A stretch of DNA of 64,000 bases from NCBI GenBank assembly GCA_963714975.1, contig CAVQQD010000002.1:864001-928000 (forward strand). Reading direction: 5' to 3'. The notes under the pieces are model-generated. The model was not told the DNA's origin, made no database searches, and was given only the letters and a program-made list of their open reading frames with translations. Each line of letters opens with the position of its first letter. The first letter of the stretch is position 1. Origin of the DNA: an uncultured Gammaproteobacteria bacterium. GTDB lineage: Bacteria; Pseudomonadota; Gammaproteobacteria; JAURND01. This document shows, in pieces, positions 28,741 through 38,928 of the stretch. A program made the position numbers and the translations under genes.

Positions 28741-31617
28741 GCGATGATACTCCAGCAGCTGGTAAATGTAGCACCGGCTCGTGGCTCTGGCGCGCTATGG
28801 CTTCTCGTGCTTGATCCCGTAAGCGAATCATTTCAGCAAAATCCTTGGATTGTGGTCTTAAACAGGGCATTATTGTCACAGTAATCTTTCCTCGCCGCAT
28901 GAGCCATTGGTCCGCCGGTAAAATATGCCGCATTCCCTGTATTGCTACGGGACAAATCGGCGACTTGGTTTCCATGGATATTTTAAAAGCTCCCAATTTA
29001 AAAGGACGGATGCCGGCAGCCCGGGTAAAAGTTGCTTCCGGAAAAATCACTACCGACCGCCCATGTTGTAGCGTTTTCTCAATATGCTGAGCATCTAAAA
29101 TTCCGCTGGCAAAATCCTGACGATTCACCAAAATAGTCTGCTGCTTGTTCAAAAAAGTTCGAAGCATCCAGGTCCGCATTAATTCTTGTTTCGCAACAAA
29201 CGCAATTCCCTCAGGCAAGGCTGCGAGTAACGCAACGATATCTAAATAGCTTGCATGATTCACCACCACGATACCAGGCACTGCAGGCCAATGTTCAGTT
29301 CCGACAATGCGCAATGGGCAGCCAATTAAGCGCAAAAATACCCGCGCCCATTTGGGTAGCCATCGCCGGCTCTGTTCTGGTGGTAAAGCCCAAGTCAGCA
29401 ACCAAAGCGGGAAAACGGTTAGCCCTAATATCACGGCCACATAGCCGGTATAAAATACTGACGCTATGGTATTGGCTAGTCTTTTGCTTTTCTGTCCAAA
29501 ACCCAATCCCCACAAGCGAACGACTTGTGTCCACAGCGCAGGTGGTTTTTCGGTCAATTTTCCTTCCATATACAGGGTTTTACAATAAGAACGGCGCAAC
29601 TTACCGCTGGAAGTTTTAGGAATTGTTTGTGGAGGAATCAATACCACCACATCGGGAGGAATGCCTATTGCATTGAAAATTTGTTCTGTGATTTGCGCAG
29701 TTAATGTTTGTTCATGCTGTGGCTCAGAAGATTCCTGTTTTACTTCAGCGACAATGACAATTTTTTCGGTTGCCATGAGAAGATCCGTGCTACCAAAAGC
29801 AATGACACAGCCCCGACGAATTCCAGGGATTTCTCCCACCAAAGTTTCCATTTCTTCTGGATAATAATTCCTCCCCGCCTTAATAATGAGATCTTTTTTT
29901 GTCCGGTAATATACAATTCCTGATTAGCAATATAAGCTAAATCGCCGGTGTTCAACCAATCGTCTTGAGCAAAAATTTGTTCGTTCGCTTCTGGCGAATT
30001 AAAGTAACCCCTCATCGACGACGGCCCGCGAAATTGCAATTGACCCTCAGTACGTTCCGGCAAAGCATTGCCTCCTGCTTCGTCCATGATACGGATTTCA
30101 TGCCCCGGTAAAGGAACACCACAGGCCACAAATTGCAGCGGTGATCTATCGTTAGGAGTGGCAGGTTGTGCTTGGCGGGAAGCAAGAAATACCTCACGCT
30201 TGATTTTATCAATCACAGGTTTACGCCCTAAAGGCGGGAAGGTTAATCCTACTGAAGATTCAGCTAAGCCATAAACCGGCGCCAGGGTTCCTGCGGCAAA
30301 ACCATAACGGGAAAAACGCTGGGTAAAGCGCTCTAAGGTACTAGGGCTTACCGCTTCAGCACCGTTGAAGGCAATGCGCCAAGAGCTTAAGTCCAGACCT
30401 TCGATTGCCTCATCGGCTATTTTGCGTACACAAAGCTCATAGGCAAAATTAGGCGCTGCCGAGATAGTTCCTTGATGATAATGGATAGCCCATAACCAGC
30501 GTTCTGGATGGGCTAAAAAAGTTAGCGGGGACATGACGATAAAAGGCGTGCCAAAGTATAACGAACCCAGCCAACTCCCAATCAACCCCATATCATGATA
30601 CAAAGGTAACCAACTAACCGTCACATCAGTTGGTTTTGCAGCTATGGCTTCACCAATCGCCCGAATGTTGGCTAATAAATTTTGGTGAGTCAATAAGACT
30701 CCTTTCGGGTCACCCGTGCTGCCTGAGGTATATTGGATTAATGCTGAATCTTGAGGTGATGACGAGTTCACCCAGGCGTCATCCCGGCTGACGTCATCCC
30801 GAGCAAACCCGTCATCCCGAGCGAAGCGAGGGAGCTGCCACTTCATTAAATCGGTTATAGTCACGGTATGGTTCAAGCTAGGAACTAAAGGTTGCAATAA
30901 AGCTGCGACCTTTTCAATATTGCGATCGGTAATTAATATATGGGCTTGAGCATTGCGGAGTATTCCTGCTTGGCGTAACGCATATTCCTCAATTTGCTTG
31001 GGGCGTATTGGAGGATACACGGGCACAGGAACCGCACCGATTAATAAGCTCGAAAAAAAAGCATAAAAAAAATCTTTACTTGTGGGTAGCATAATCGCTA
31101 CTTTATCACCTGGTTGAATACCAAGTTGCCTTAAGCCATAAGCGCAGGCAGTAGCATTTTCGTATAATTGGCTATAGGTGATGACTTGCTCTTCTTCATC
31201 TATTTGTTGCAAATAAATGTGTGGGCGATTGGGATTTGTCCGTGCATAGTGCTGTAAGACTTCGACTAAGGTTTGTGCTGCAACCGGAACTTCACTAATG
31301 GATTCAATTATTGGAGGAATAACAGCTGCTGTGGGTAGGTAAATGGGCTGCTGATCCTGAATTGCCCGGACCAAATCAGCGACAGTTTCAGCTTCAAAAA
31401 GCATTCTTTCTGGTAACTGAACACCTAATTGTTTTTCGATACGAAAAACCAATTCAACACGTTCTAAGCTACCCAAGCCCAAATCTCTATCTAAAGAGGC
31501 TTGTAAGCTCAAAGCGCGTACGGCACGCTCATTACCCAAAGCATGAAGAAATTCTTTGATAAGAACTAAAATTCTACTTTCTAATGCTGGCAAAGAAAGT
31601 TTAGCTTGGGATTCCAT
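28730..31617 (-). CDS. ACP - fatty acyl-AMP ligase - PlsC-type acyltransferase fusion; one apparent frameshift near 29895
   Basis: LGLGSLERVEL (ACP Ser), QYTSGSTGDPKG, SWLPLYHDMGLIG, TGDL | KDLII, PKTSSGK, NHASYLD, FPEAT. Confidence 0.88.
30778..30833. repeat. Stacked family-C repeat fragments inside the FAAL coding sequence
   Basis: Three gtcatcccg units ending gagcgaagcgaggga; encodes PRFARDDGFARDDVSRDD. Confidence 0.75.
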
Positions 31618-31629
31618 TATCGTCCTTGA

Positions 31630-32412
31630 CTATACCGCCTTTGGGGGTGTAAAGCGTCTTGCCTCACTGGTGTTGGGGTAATTCCTAATCAATATTTGTA
31701 GTGTATTGCGTGCCAAATCATTTTCACCCAAAGCGATATACGATTGATACATAATGGCCAATGCGGGCACTACTGCTGGGGATCCTTGATAGAATTCAAC
31801 AACACGGTTGGCACGGTTGGCTGCTGCTACGTAAGCTTTGCGCTTAAAATAAAATTGAGCAACTTCAAGTTGGCGCCTAGCCAATAAATTTCGAATGTAA
31901 ATCATGCGTGCGCGAGCATCAGCTGCATATGGGCTGCTGGGGAAGCGTTGCACCAGGAGATTAAAATCATTAAAGGCTTGATCCATCCCACTTAAATCAC
32001 GTTGGGCAGGGTCAGAACGAATCCAGCGGTCCAGCCAGCTTTCGCTAGCACCCATATTAATTAGGCCTTTCATGTAGTAGGCATAATCTACATCAGGGCT
32101 ACGTGGGTATAAGCGAATATAGCGATCTGCTGCAGCTAGCGCAGATTCATTGTCATCCCCTTTTTTATAATAGGCATAGATTAGATCAAGCTGGCCTTGT
32201 TGGGAATATTCACCAAAGGGATATAAAGTATCGAGCGCCTCGAAATCTTTGGCAGCAGATTCATAATGCCCAGCCGCAAGCTTATGCTCTGCACTTGTGA
32301 AGATTTCTTTAGCTGTAGCGCCCTTATAAGTTTCAAAGGGTTCGGTGGTTTTACATCCTGTTACTAACAGAACAAGGAAAGTAAGAACAATAATGGAGTA
32401 AAATCGTATCAC
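31630..32412 (-). CDS. bamD: Outer membrane protein assembly factor BamD
   Basis: Lipobox VTGC, YPFGEYSQQGQLDLIYAYY, DYAYYMKGL, AYVAAANRA. Confidence 0.95.
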   Translation of the reverse strand: MIRFYSIIVLTFLVLLVTGCKTTEPFETYKGATAKEIFTSAEHKLAAGHYESAAKDFEALDTLYPFGEYSQQGQLDLIYAYYKKGDDNESALAAADRYIRLYPRSPDVDYAYYMKGLINMGASESWLDRWIRSDPAQRDLSGMDQAFNDFNLLVQRFPSSPYAADARARMIYIRNLLARRQLEVAQFYFKRKAYVAAANRANRVVEFYQGSPAVVPALAIMYQSYIALGENDLARNTLQILIRNYPNTSEARRFTPPKAV

Positions 32413-32533
32413 GTTTTTTTATCACCTCGTGTTTCGAAAAGCCCAAAGGATACCTGGTGTTCTGCCCAATGTAAACGCCTCCCGAAGGTAACTCATCCCT
32501 TCTCCACTTGGGAGAAGGGATTCGTGCGGCACC

Positions 32534-33622
32534 TTAGTTCATCCCACCAACCAAATATTTCACCTCAGAAAAGCCAGCCTCGTGCAATAACACGGCGGCT
32601 CGTTGGCTGCGTGGGCCAGCTTGGCAATGGACAATAATGAGTTTGGATTGATCTAATTCACCCAGGCGCTGTGGTAATTCCCCCAAAGGAATTAAATATC
32701 CCCCTAGATTAGCCGCTGCATACTCATAAGGTTCACGCACATCCAACAAAACAAAGTCAGCCCGTTGTTTTTGCAACTGACGAAATTCAGCAAGCGAAAT
32801 CCCCAACTCAAAATCCTCCCTACCCCCCTTTGGAAAAGGAGCGCAAGCTTGTACATCCTGAACCAGCGTTTCAAAAGGTTGTCGATAAATGCAAAGCCTA
32901 CACTCAGGATTACGTGGCAAACTAAATTCCCGAAATTGTAACTTCAGAACATCAATCGTCAATAAGCGACCAATCAGTGAATCCCCAATCCCTAAAATCA
33001 ACTTTAACACTTCGGTGGCTTGCAGAGTCCCTAACAACCCAGGCAGCACTCCCAACACCCCACCTTCAGCGCAATTAGGCATTAAATTCGGGGGAGGCGG
33101 GGAATCGTATAAGCAGCGGTAGCAAGGACCATTGGCGCTAGTAAATACGGAGCATTGGCCCTCGAATTGAAAAATACTCGCATAGACATTCGGCTTTTCT
33201 GCATAAAAACACGCATCGTTTACCAGATAACGCGTAGCAAAATTATCGGACCCGTCGGCAATAATGTCATACTGACGAATCAAGGATAAAGCATTGTTTT
33301 TAGTCAAACGCTCTTCATGCGGGATCACCTGCACTGCAGGGTTTAGCGCGTTAAGTCGCTCTTTAGCTACCCGGACTTTTTTACTGTGCACATCTCCTTC
33401 AGTATACAAAATTTGGCGATGTAAATTACTGAAATCCACAATATCATTATCAACGATACCCAGCGTACCCACACCCGCAGCTGCTAAATAAAGTAACAAC
33501 GGCGAACCCAACCCCCCTGCCCCCACACATAATACCTTGGCTTCTCGCAAGCGTTGTTGCCCCTTCAGGCCAACTTGCGGCAAACTTATCTGTCGACTAT
33601 AACGTGCTAATTCTTCAGTCAT
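32534..33622 (-). CDS. moeB: MoeB/MoeZ-type E1-like adenylyltransferase with rhodanese domain
   Basis: RYSRQ, GAGGLGSP, SNLHRQ, CYRC, NCAEGGVLG; rhodanese LDVREP...HCQAGPRS. Confidence 0.92.
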   Translation of the reverse strand: MTEELARYSRQISLPQVGLKGQQRLREAKVLCVGAGGLGSPLLLYLAAAGVGTLGIVDNDIVDFSNLHRQILYTEGDVHSKKVRVAKERLNALNPAVQVIPHEERLTKNNALSLIRQYDIIADGSDNFATRYLVNDACFYAEKPNVYASIFQFEGQCSVFTSANGPCYRCLYDSPPPPNLMPNCAEGGVLGVLPGLLGTLQATEVLKLILGIGDSLIGRLLTIDVLKLQFREFSLPRNPECRLCIYRQPFETLVQDVQACAPFPKGGREDFELGISLAEFRQLQKQRADFVLLDVREPYEYAAANLGGYLIPLGELPQRLGELDQSKLIIVHCQAGPRSQRAAVLLHEAGFSEVKYLVGGMN

Positions 33623-33625
33623 TAT

Positions 33626-33907
33626 CTAACCACCTGCAATTGCTAAAATAATCGTAATAGTATCCTTTGCTGCCAAAGGAGTCTCTTCCCCCGCTAAGTA
33701 GCGTACATCTTGATTGTTCAGATAAAACAGTATAAAAGAAGAAAGCTGATTATCACTACTAAAAAGATAAGGTTTTAGTGCAGGAAAGGCCTCCACCAAT
33801 AATTGCATCGCACCGCGCAAATTTAGCACTGCAGAAAACGGCACCATAACACTGGCGCGGTTTTCACTCAAGCGTCGCAATACACTAGGGATTTCAATGG
33901 TGATCAT
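33626..33907 (-). CDS. MoaD/ThiS/CysO-like ubiquitin-fold sulfur carrier
   Basis: IEIPSVLRR, YLNNQDVRYL...TPL...D, C-terminal AIAGG. Confidence 0.88.
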   Translation of the reverse strand: MITIEIPSVLRRLSENRASVMVPFSAVLNLRGAMQLLVEAFPALKPYLFSSDNQLSSFILFYLNNQDVRYLAGEETPLAAKDTITIILAIAGG

Positions 33908-33944
33908 AGCTGCGCATTTTACTAAATGCTTTAGGAGATTACTA

Positions 33945-34847
33945 ATCATTTTATTACAGTCCGTTGTTACCGAAAATTTGCAGGGTTTACGTCTGGATCA
34001 AGCTTTAGTGCAATTATTTCCAGAACATTCGCGCGCGCGCTTTCAATCTTGGATCAGCCAAGGCAAGGTCAAAGTGGATGGACAACCCTGGCAGAGCAAA
34101 AAAGACAAAATACGTCTAGGCCAGTCCATTGAAATCACTGCCCCACCAGAAACGGCTGTGAATTGGGAAGCGCAAGCCCTGCCTCTCGATATTATCTACG
34201 AAGATGACAGCTTATTAGTCGTCAATAAACCCGCTGGGCTGGTCGTACACCCCGCTGCCGGCAATCCCGATAATACTTTGGTGAATGCCTTGCTACATTA
34301 CTTGCCCACTAATAATACCCTCCCCCGAGCTGGCATTGTGCATCGCTTAGATAAAGATACCTCGGGTCTGCTGATGGTGGCGCGCACGCTCACTGCCCAT
34401 ACTTCGCTAGTCACTCAACTACAAGCTCGCAGGGTCAAAAGAGAATATCTGGCCTTAGTCCACGGCGTGCTTATCGCTGGTAATACCGTGAATGCACCCA
34501 TTGCGCGCCACCCGCGCCACCGCCTGCAGCAAGCAGTGGTCGAAAATGGCAAGCCGGCTATTACCCATTACCGCGTGATGCAGCGCTTTTCTGCCCATAC
34601 CTTGGTCCGCGTGTTTTTGGAAACTGGGCGTACCCATCAAATCCGCGTTCATATGGCTCATGTGGGCTATCCCTTAGTGGGCGACCCATTGTATGTAGGG
34701 CGAGGGCTCAAAGGCAGCAGCCCCAACTTTAATCGCCAAGCTTTACATGCGCATAAATTATGTTTTCAACATCCCACGGATCAAAAAGAAATGGAGTTTA
34801 CAGCCCCTATCCCTGAGGATTTTTTGCAGTTATTATATGCCCTATGA
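33945..34847 (+). CDS. rluD: 23S rRNA pseudouridine synthase RluD (start uncertain: ATC 33945 or ATG 33897)
   Basis: RLDQAL, VNKPAGLVVHP, GIVHRLDKDTSGL, LETGRTHQIRVH. Confidence 0.93.
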   Translation: MILLQSVVTENLQGLRLDQALVQLFPEHSRARFQSWISQGKVKVDGQPWQSKKDKIRLGQSIEITAPPETAVNWEAQALPLDIIYEDDSLLVVNKPAGLVVHPAAGNPDNTLVNALLHYLPTNNTLPRAGIVHRLDKDTSGLLMVARTLTAHTSLVTQLQARRVKREYLALVHGVLIAGNTVNAPIARHPRHRLQQAVVENGKPAITHYRVMQRFSAHTLVRVFLETGRTHQIRVHMAHVGYPLVGDPLYVGRGLKGSSPNFNRQALHAHKLCFQHPTDQKEMEFTAPIPEDFLQLLYAL

Positions 34848-35602
34848 GCATACTCTCCCATTACCTAACCCCTAATTGGCCAGCCCCCGACCACGTGCGC
34901 GCCGTGACCTCATTGCGTTTTAGCGGCCATAGCCAAGGCCCTTTTGACAGCTTCAATCTCAGTACCGCTCAAGGCGATGATCCCGCTGCAGTACAAGCCA
35001 ATCGGCAGCAATTGCGCAAAGAGTTGAATCTTAGCTGCGAACCTGCTTGGCTACATCAAGTCCATAGTAAAGTGGTGGTGGCTGCAGAAACGGTACTTAA
35101 CACAGCCCCTGCAGCGGATGCTTCCATTACTACTGAACCCCAGGTAGCTTGCGCAGTGCTTACTGCTGATTGCCTGCCGATTTTATTGTGTAACACGGCA
35201 GGCAGCCAAGTGGCGGCGATTCATGCTGGCTGGCGGGGTATATTAGCTGGGGTGATTTCTGCTACCCTAGCCCGCTTACACGGAGACCCCAAGCAATGGC
35301 TCGCCTGGCTGGGTCCTGCCATTGGTCCCACTGCCTTTGAAGTGGGTTCCGAGGTGCATCAAGCGTTCCTAGCAAAGGACCCTGCAGCCCACAGCGCTTT
35401 TCAGCCTAAGCCTCAGTCACAAACCAATGATCAATGGTTGGCTAACATTTACTTGCTAGCTCAACATGAGCTACGTCAACAGGGACTGTCCCAAATTTTT
35501 GGCGGCGAATACTGCACTTATTCTGATCCTGAGCGCTTTTTTTCTTATCGACGAGACCAAGGTAACACCGGTCGTATGGTTAGTTTAATTATGAGGACTT
35601 AG
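34844..35602 (+). CDS. pgeF: Peptidoglycan editing factor PgeF (YfiH)
   Basis: WLHQVHS, TADCLP, IHAGWRG, FFSYRR; follows rluD. Confidence 0.93.
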   Translation: MSILSHYLTPNWPAPDHVRAVTSLRFSGHSQGPFDSFNLSTAQGDDPAAVQANRQQLRKELNLSCEPAWLHQVHSKVVVAAETVLNTAPAADASITTEPQVACAVLTADCLPILLCNTAGSQVAAIHAGWRGILAGVISATLARLHGDPKQWLAWLGPAIGPTAFEVGSEVHQAFLAKDPAAHSAFQPKPQSQTNDQWLANIYLLAQHELRQQGLSQIFGGEYCTYSDPERFFSYRRDQGNTGRMVSLIMRT

Positions 35603-35606
35603 AGCA

Positions 35607-37007
35607 ATGAAAATAAAATCCTGGTTCACTGCATTACTATTACTTATCACTTTCGGTTTTATTCCAGTCAGCCTTGCCGATGCGCCCCCCACCATTAATG
35701 GTAAAGTGGTTTCCAGCATCTCGACCATGCTGAGCAATATTATGCCAGGCGTGGTTAATGTCATGGTGATCGGCGAAACCCGTGCTTTAGCGCCACAAAC
35801 TCGCAGCAGGCAAAAACCATTTCGCCCTTCTCCCAATGAAAATGAAGCGGAGCAACAAGCCACCCCTTACTTCCGTCAATTCCAAGAAATGGGTTCAGGC
35901 GTCGTCGTCGATGCCCAAAAAGGTTATGTAGTCACTAATGCTCATGTCGTTGTAGAAGCCAAACTGGTGACGATCACCTTAACCGATGGCCGTCGTTTTA
36001 AAGCGAAGGTCATCGGTATTGATAAGTTATCCGATATTGCGGTATTACAAATTAAGGCCGATAAACTCACTGCCATTCCCTTCGGTAATTCCGATGATCT
36101 GAAAGTGGGCGATTTCGTCGCCGCCATAGGAAACCCCTTTGGCTTGCATGAGACAGTCACTTCTGGAGTTATTAGTGCCTTGCATCGTAGTGATCTAGGC
36201 ATTGAAGGCTATGAAAACTTCATTCAAACCGATGCCTCGATTAATCCCGGTAATTCCGGGGGTGCCTTGGTCAATTTACAAGGGCAATTAATCGGCATTA
36301 ATACCGCGTTGATTGGGCCGATTACCGGTAATGTGGGTATTGGTCTGGCGATTCCCAGCAACATGGTCAAAGAAATCTTTCAGCAGCTCGCCCAATACGG
36401 CAAAGTGCGACGCGGGGTGTTAGGCGTGATGGTGCAAGACCTAACTCCAGCCCTGGCTGATGCCTTTAATATTAGCGGCAAACGCGGCGCTTTAGTGACG
36501 GCTGTTACCCCGGGGCTGCCAGCGCAACGTGCTGGGTTGCAAGCACAAGATGTGATTGAAAGTATTAACGGCACAGAAATCACCAGTGCTGCGCAACTGC
36601 GCAATATGTTGGGGCTATTCTCCATTGGTTCACAGGTCACGATCAAGTTTCATCGTAAGGACAAGCCCATGAGCTTGACTACCAAGATCATGGATCCCAA
36701 GGAAGTAAAACAAGTCACTGAACCAGGCAGTACTTCTCTAATAGATGGCATTCGCCTCACCACCATCGATCAATTCATCCCCGATTTTGGTCCAGTCAAA
36801 GGCGCGGGCGTGGTTGATGTTGACCCAATGAGCAATGCCTGGATTAGCGGTCTAAGACCGGGAGATGTGATCTTAGAAGCGAATGGCCAAGCGGTGACTA
36901 ACATTGATGCCTTGGCCCAAATCGCCAAATCCAATCCACAACGACTGTTACTCAAAGTCGGCCGCGACCGCGGGATTATCTTTCTAGTACTTTATAACTA
37001 TGAATAG
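35607..37007 (+). CDS. Do/DegP/DegQ family serine endoprotease with two PDZ domains
   Basis: GSGV, TNAHVV, DIAV, IQTDASINPGNSGGAL. Confidence 0.95.
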   Translation: MKIKSWFTALLLLITFGFIPVSLADAPPTINGKVVSSISTMLSNIMPGVVNVMVIGETRALAPQTRSRQKPFRPSPNENEAEQQATPYFRQFQEMGSGVVVDAQKGYVVTNAHVVVEAKLVTITLTDGRRFKAKVIGIDKLSDIAVLQIKADKLTAIPFGNSDDLKVGDFVAAIGNPFGLHETVTSGVISALHRSDLGIEGYENFIQTDASINPGNSGGALVNLQGQLIGINTALIGPITGNVGIGLAIPSNMVKEIFQQLAQYGKVRRGVLGVMVQDLTPALADAFNISGKRGALVTAVTPGLPAQRAGLQAQDVIESINGTEITSAAQLRNMLGLFSIGSQVTIKFHRKDKPMSLTTKIMDPKEVKQVTEPGSTSLIDGIRLTTIDQFIPDFGPVKGAGVVDVDPMSNAWISGLRPGDVILEANGQAVTNIDALAQIAKSNPQRLLLKVGRDRGIIFLVLYNYE

Positions 37008-37012
37008 AGGAA

Positions 37013-37193
37013 GTAACCATTCACCACGATTTTTCCTCTCCCCTTGTGGGAGAGGCCGCCGCGCCGTAAGGCGCGCGGGTGAGGGCTAAGCAACAGTTAG
37101 CAGTTAGCTAATAAAATGCTTCTTGCTGGTGTTTCAAGTTTACCCCTCATCCGCCCTTGCGGGCACCTTCTCCCACAAGGGGAGAAGGATTTT
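37013..37193. repeat. Family-A REPIN-like element, left copy of a ~180-bp direct repeat
   Basis: cctctccccttgtgggagagg...ccttctcccacaaggggagaagg; near-identical to 38553-38735. Confidence 0.88.
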
Positions 37194-37260
37194 AAAGATG
37201 GTGAATGATTACGAATTTTGTTGTAATCTTAGATTTCTGTCCCTTTGCAAAGGGACAGAA

Positions 37261-38556
37261 ATGAGCTATTCTATCCCTATGAACAGGGATAACATTCATC
37301 TCATAGAAATTCTGCAAAATTTATCTGTTGAGTTTGAACACAAACTAAGACTTGTTAAAAATAGCGTACCACGCGATTTTGCTTTCCCGGAAGTTCCAGG
37401 CAAAATAAAAGTAGCTATCGGCATTCGTCGCTCAGGAAAAACCTACCTTTGCCTACAAACTGCTAAACGTTATTTAGATGACGGCGTTCCTCTATCACGT
37501 ATTTTGTACCTAAATTTTGAAGATGATCGCTTATTGCCTCTTATCCAAGAAAAACTATCCGGATTGCTAGAAGCTTTTTATACATTACATCCCGAAAACC
37601 ATGAACAGCCCTGCTATTTCTTTCTTGATGAAATACAAAATGTCGAGAATTGGCCTCTAGTAATACGACGGTTTTTTGATACCCGCCTAGTCAATATCTA
37701 TCTCACGGGTTCATCAGCCAAGTTGCTGAGCAAAGAAATTGCCACCTCATTACGGGGACGAACTATCACGCTTGAAGTTTGGCCGTTTAATTTCCACGAG
37801 TATTTAAAGGCACGCAATATTAATATTCCCACACCCTTAGTTGCTAAAAAATCATTTGATACTCTGCGCAGCCCTCTATTAGAGTATTTTGCGGAAGGTG
37901 GTTTTCCAGAAACGATAGGATTAACCTTTGAACATCGCATTCAAATTTTGCAAAATTATGTGGACGTCGTCGTATTTCGGGACATTACCGAGCGCTATGG
38001 CATTAGCAATATTAGCCTAATCAAGTACCTGATTAAGGCATTAATAAACAATGTTGCCACCCGGTTTTCCATTAATAAATATTACAATGATCTGAAAAGC
38101 CAAGGCATTAGCGTCAGTAAAAATACCCTGCATGATTATCTACAGTACATCGAAGATGCCTTTCTGGCGTTTAGCGTACCCATTTATGCAGAATCATTGC
38201 GGAAAATACAAACAACACCCAAAAAGTGCTACCTAGTTGACTCTGGTCTCTATTATGCCTACAGCAACAGTTTTTCTAAGAATTTAGGACGCATTTTTGA
38301 AAACTTCATTTACCTCAATTTGCGTCGAGCTGGGCACGAAATCCAGTATTATCTCACGCAAAGTGGTTTTGAGGTCGACTTCCTAACCCGAAGTTTACGC
38401 GGAGAGCAAAAATTGTACCAAGTCGTGTGGGAAACGGAAGATAGTAGCACTCTCGTGAGAGAAGAGCGGGCTTTAGCCGAAGCGGAGCAAGAACTGGGAA
38501 TTAAAGGAGAAATCATCACCCCCCAGCGGTTTTTAGCCACTCTAAATGATAGGTAA
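37261..38556 (+). CDS. AAA+ ATPase with C-terminal DUF4143-like / nuclease-like domain (start 37261 or 37279)
   Basis: GIRRSGKT, LNFEDDRL, FLDEIQ, LTGSSAKLL, LRGR, GGFPE, KCYLVDSG, FEN, EVDF. Confidence 0.88.
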   Translation: MSYSIPMNRDNIHLIEILQNLSVEFEHKLRLVKNSVPRDFAFPEVPGKIKVAIGIRRSGKTYLCLQTAKRYLDDGVPLSRILYLNFEDDRLLPLIQEKLSGLLEAFYTLHPENHEQPCYFFLDEIQNVENWPLVIRRFFDTRLVNIYLTGSSAKLLSKEIATSLRGRTITLEVWPFNFHEYLKARNINIPTPLVAKKSFDTLRSPLLEYFAEGGFPETIGLTFEHRIQILQNYVDVVVFRDITERYGISNISLIKYLIKALINNVATRFSINKYYNDLKSQGISVSKNTLHDYLQYIEDAFLAFSVPIYAESLRKIQTTPKKCYLVDSGLYYAYSNSFSKNLGRIFENFIYLNLRRAGHEIQYYLTQSGFEVDFLTRSLRGEQKLYQVVWETEDSSTLVREERALAEAEQELGIKGEIITPQRFLATLNDR

Positions 38557-38735
38557 CTATCCACCACGATTTTGCCGCCTCTCCCCTTGTGGGAGAGGCC
38601 CCGCCGCACCGTAAGGCGCGCGGGTGAGGGGTAAGCAACAGTTAGCATTTAGCTAATAAAATGCTTCTTGCTGGTTTCAAGTTTACCCTCATCCGCCCTT
38701 GCGGGCACCTTCTCCCACAAGGGGAGAAGGATTTT
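38553..38735. repeat. Family-A REPIN-like element, right copy
   Basis: Near-identical to 37013-37193; begins at the ATPase stop codon. Confidence 0.88.
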
Positions 38736-38793
38736 TACACACAAGGGATTATTCTGTCCCCTACGGGTGTAATTGCTTAAATATTTTCACGCT

Positions 38794-38826
38794 GTTAATA
38801 TTCGCTTAAGGCTAATGCTTTACAAT
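38794..38826 (+). promoter_or_regulatory. PmrA-type box plus -10 element
   Basis: gTTAA-ta-TT-cg-cTTAA, 11 nt, TACAAT. Confidence 0.65.
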
Positions 38827-38928
38827 AAATTCATAAATTTAATTCAATAACTCAAAAAAGTTTGGAATCCAAAATATTGTTTGGATTCTTTATAAGCACT
38901 TAACATAACTGCACTGTCGAGGAATGCT

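Noticed and set aside
37013-38735. Integron attC sites (the repeat begins at GTAAC overlapping a stop codon)
   Set aside because: No RYYYAAC/GTTRRRY box pair and no intI gene; the internal structure is that of paired REP-like palindromes.
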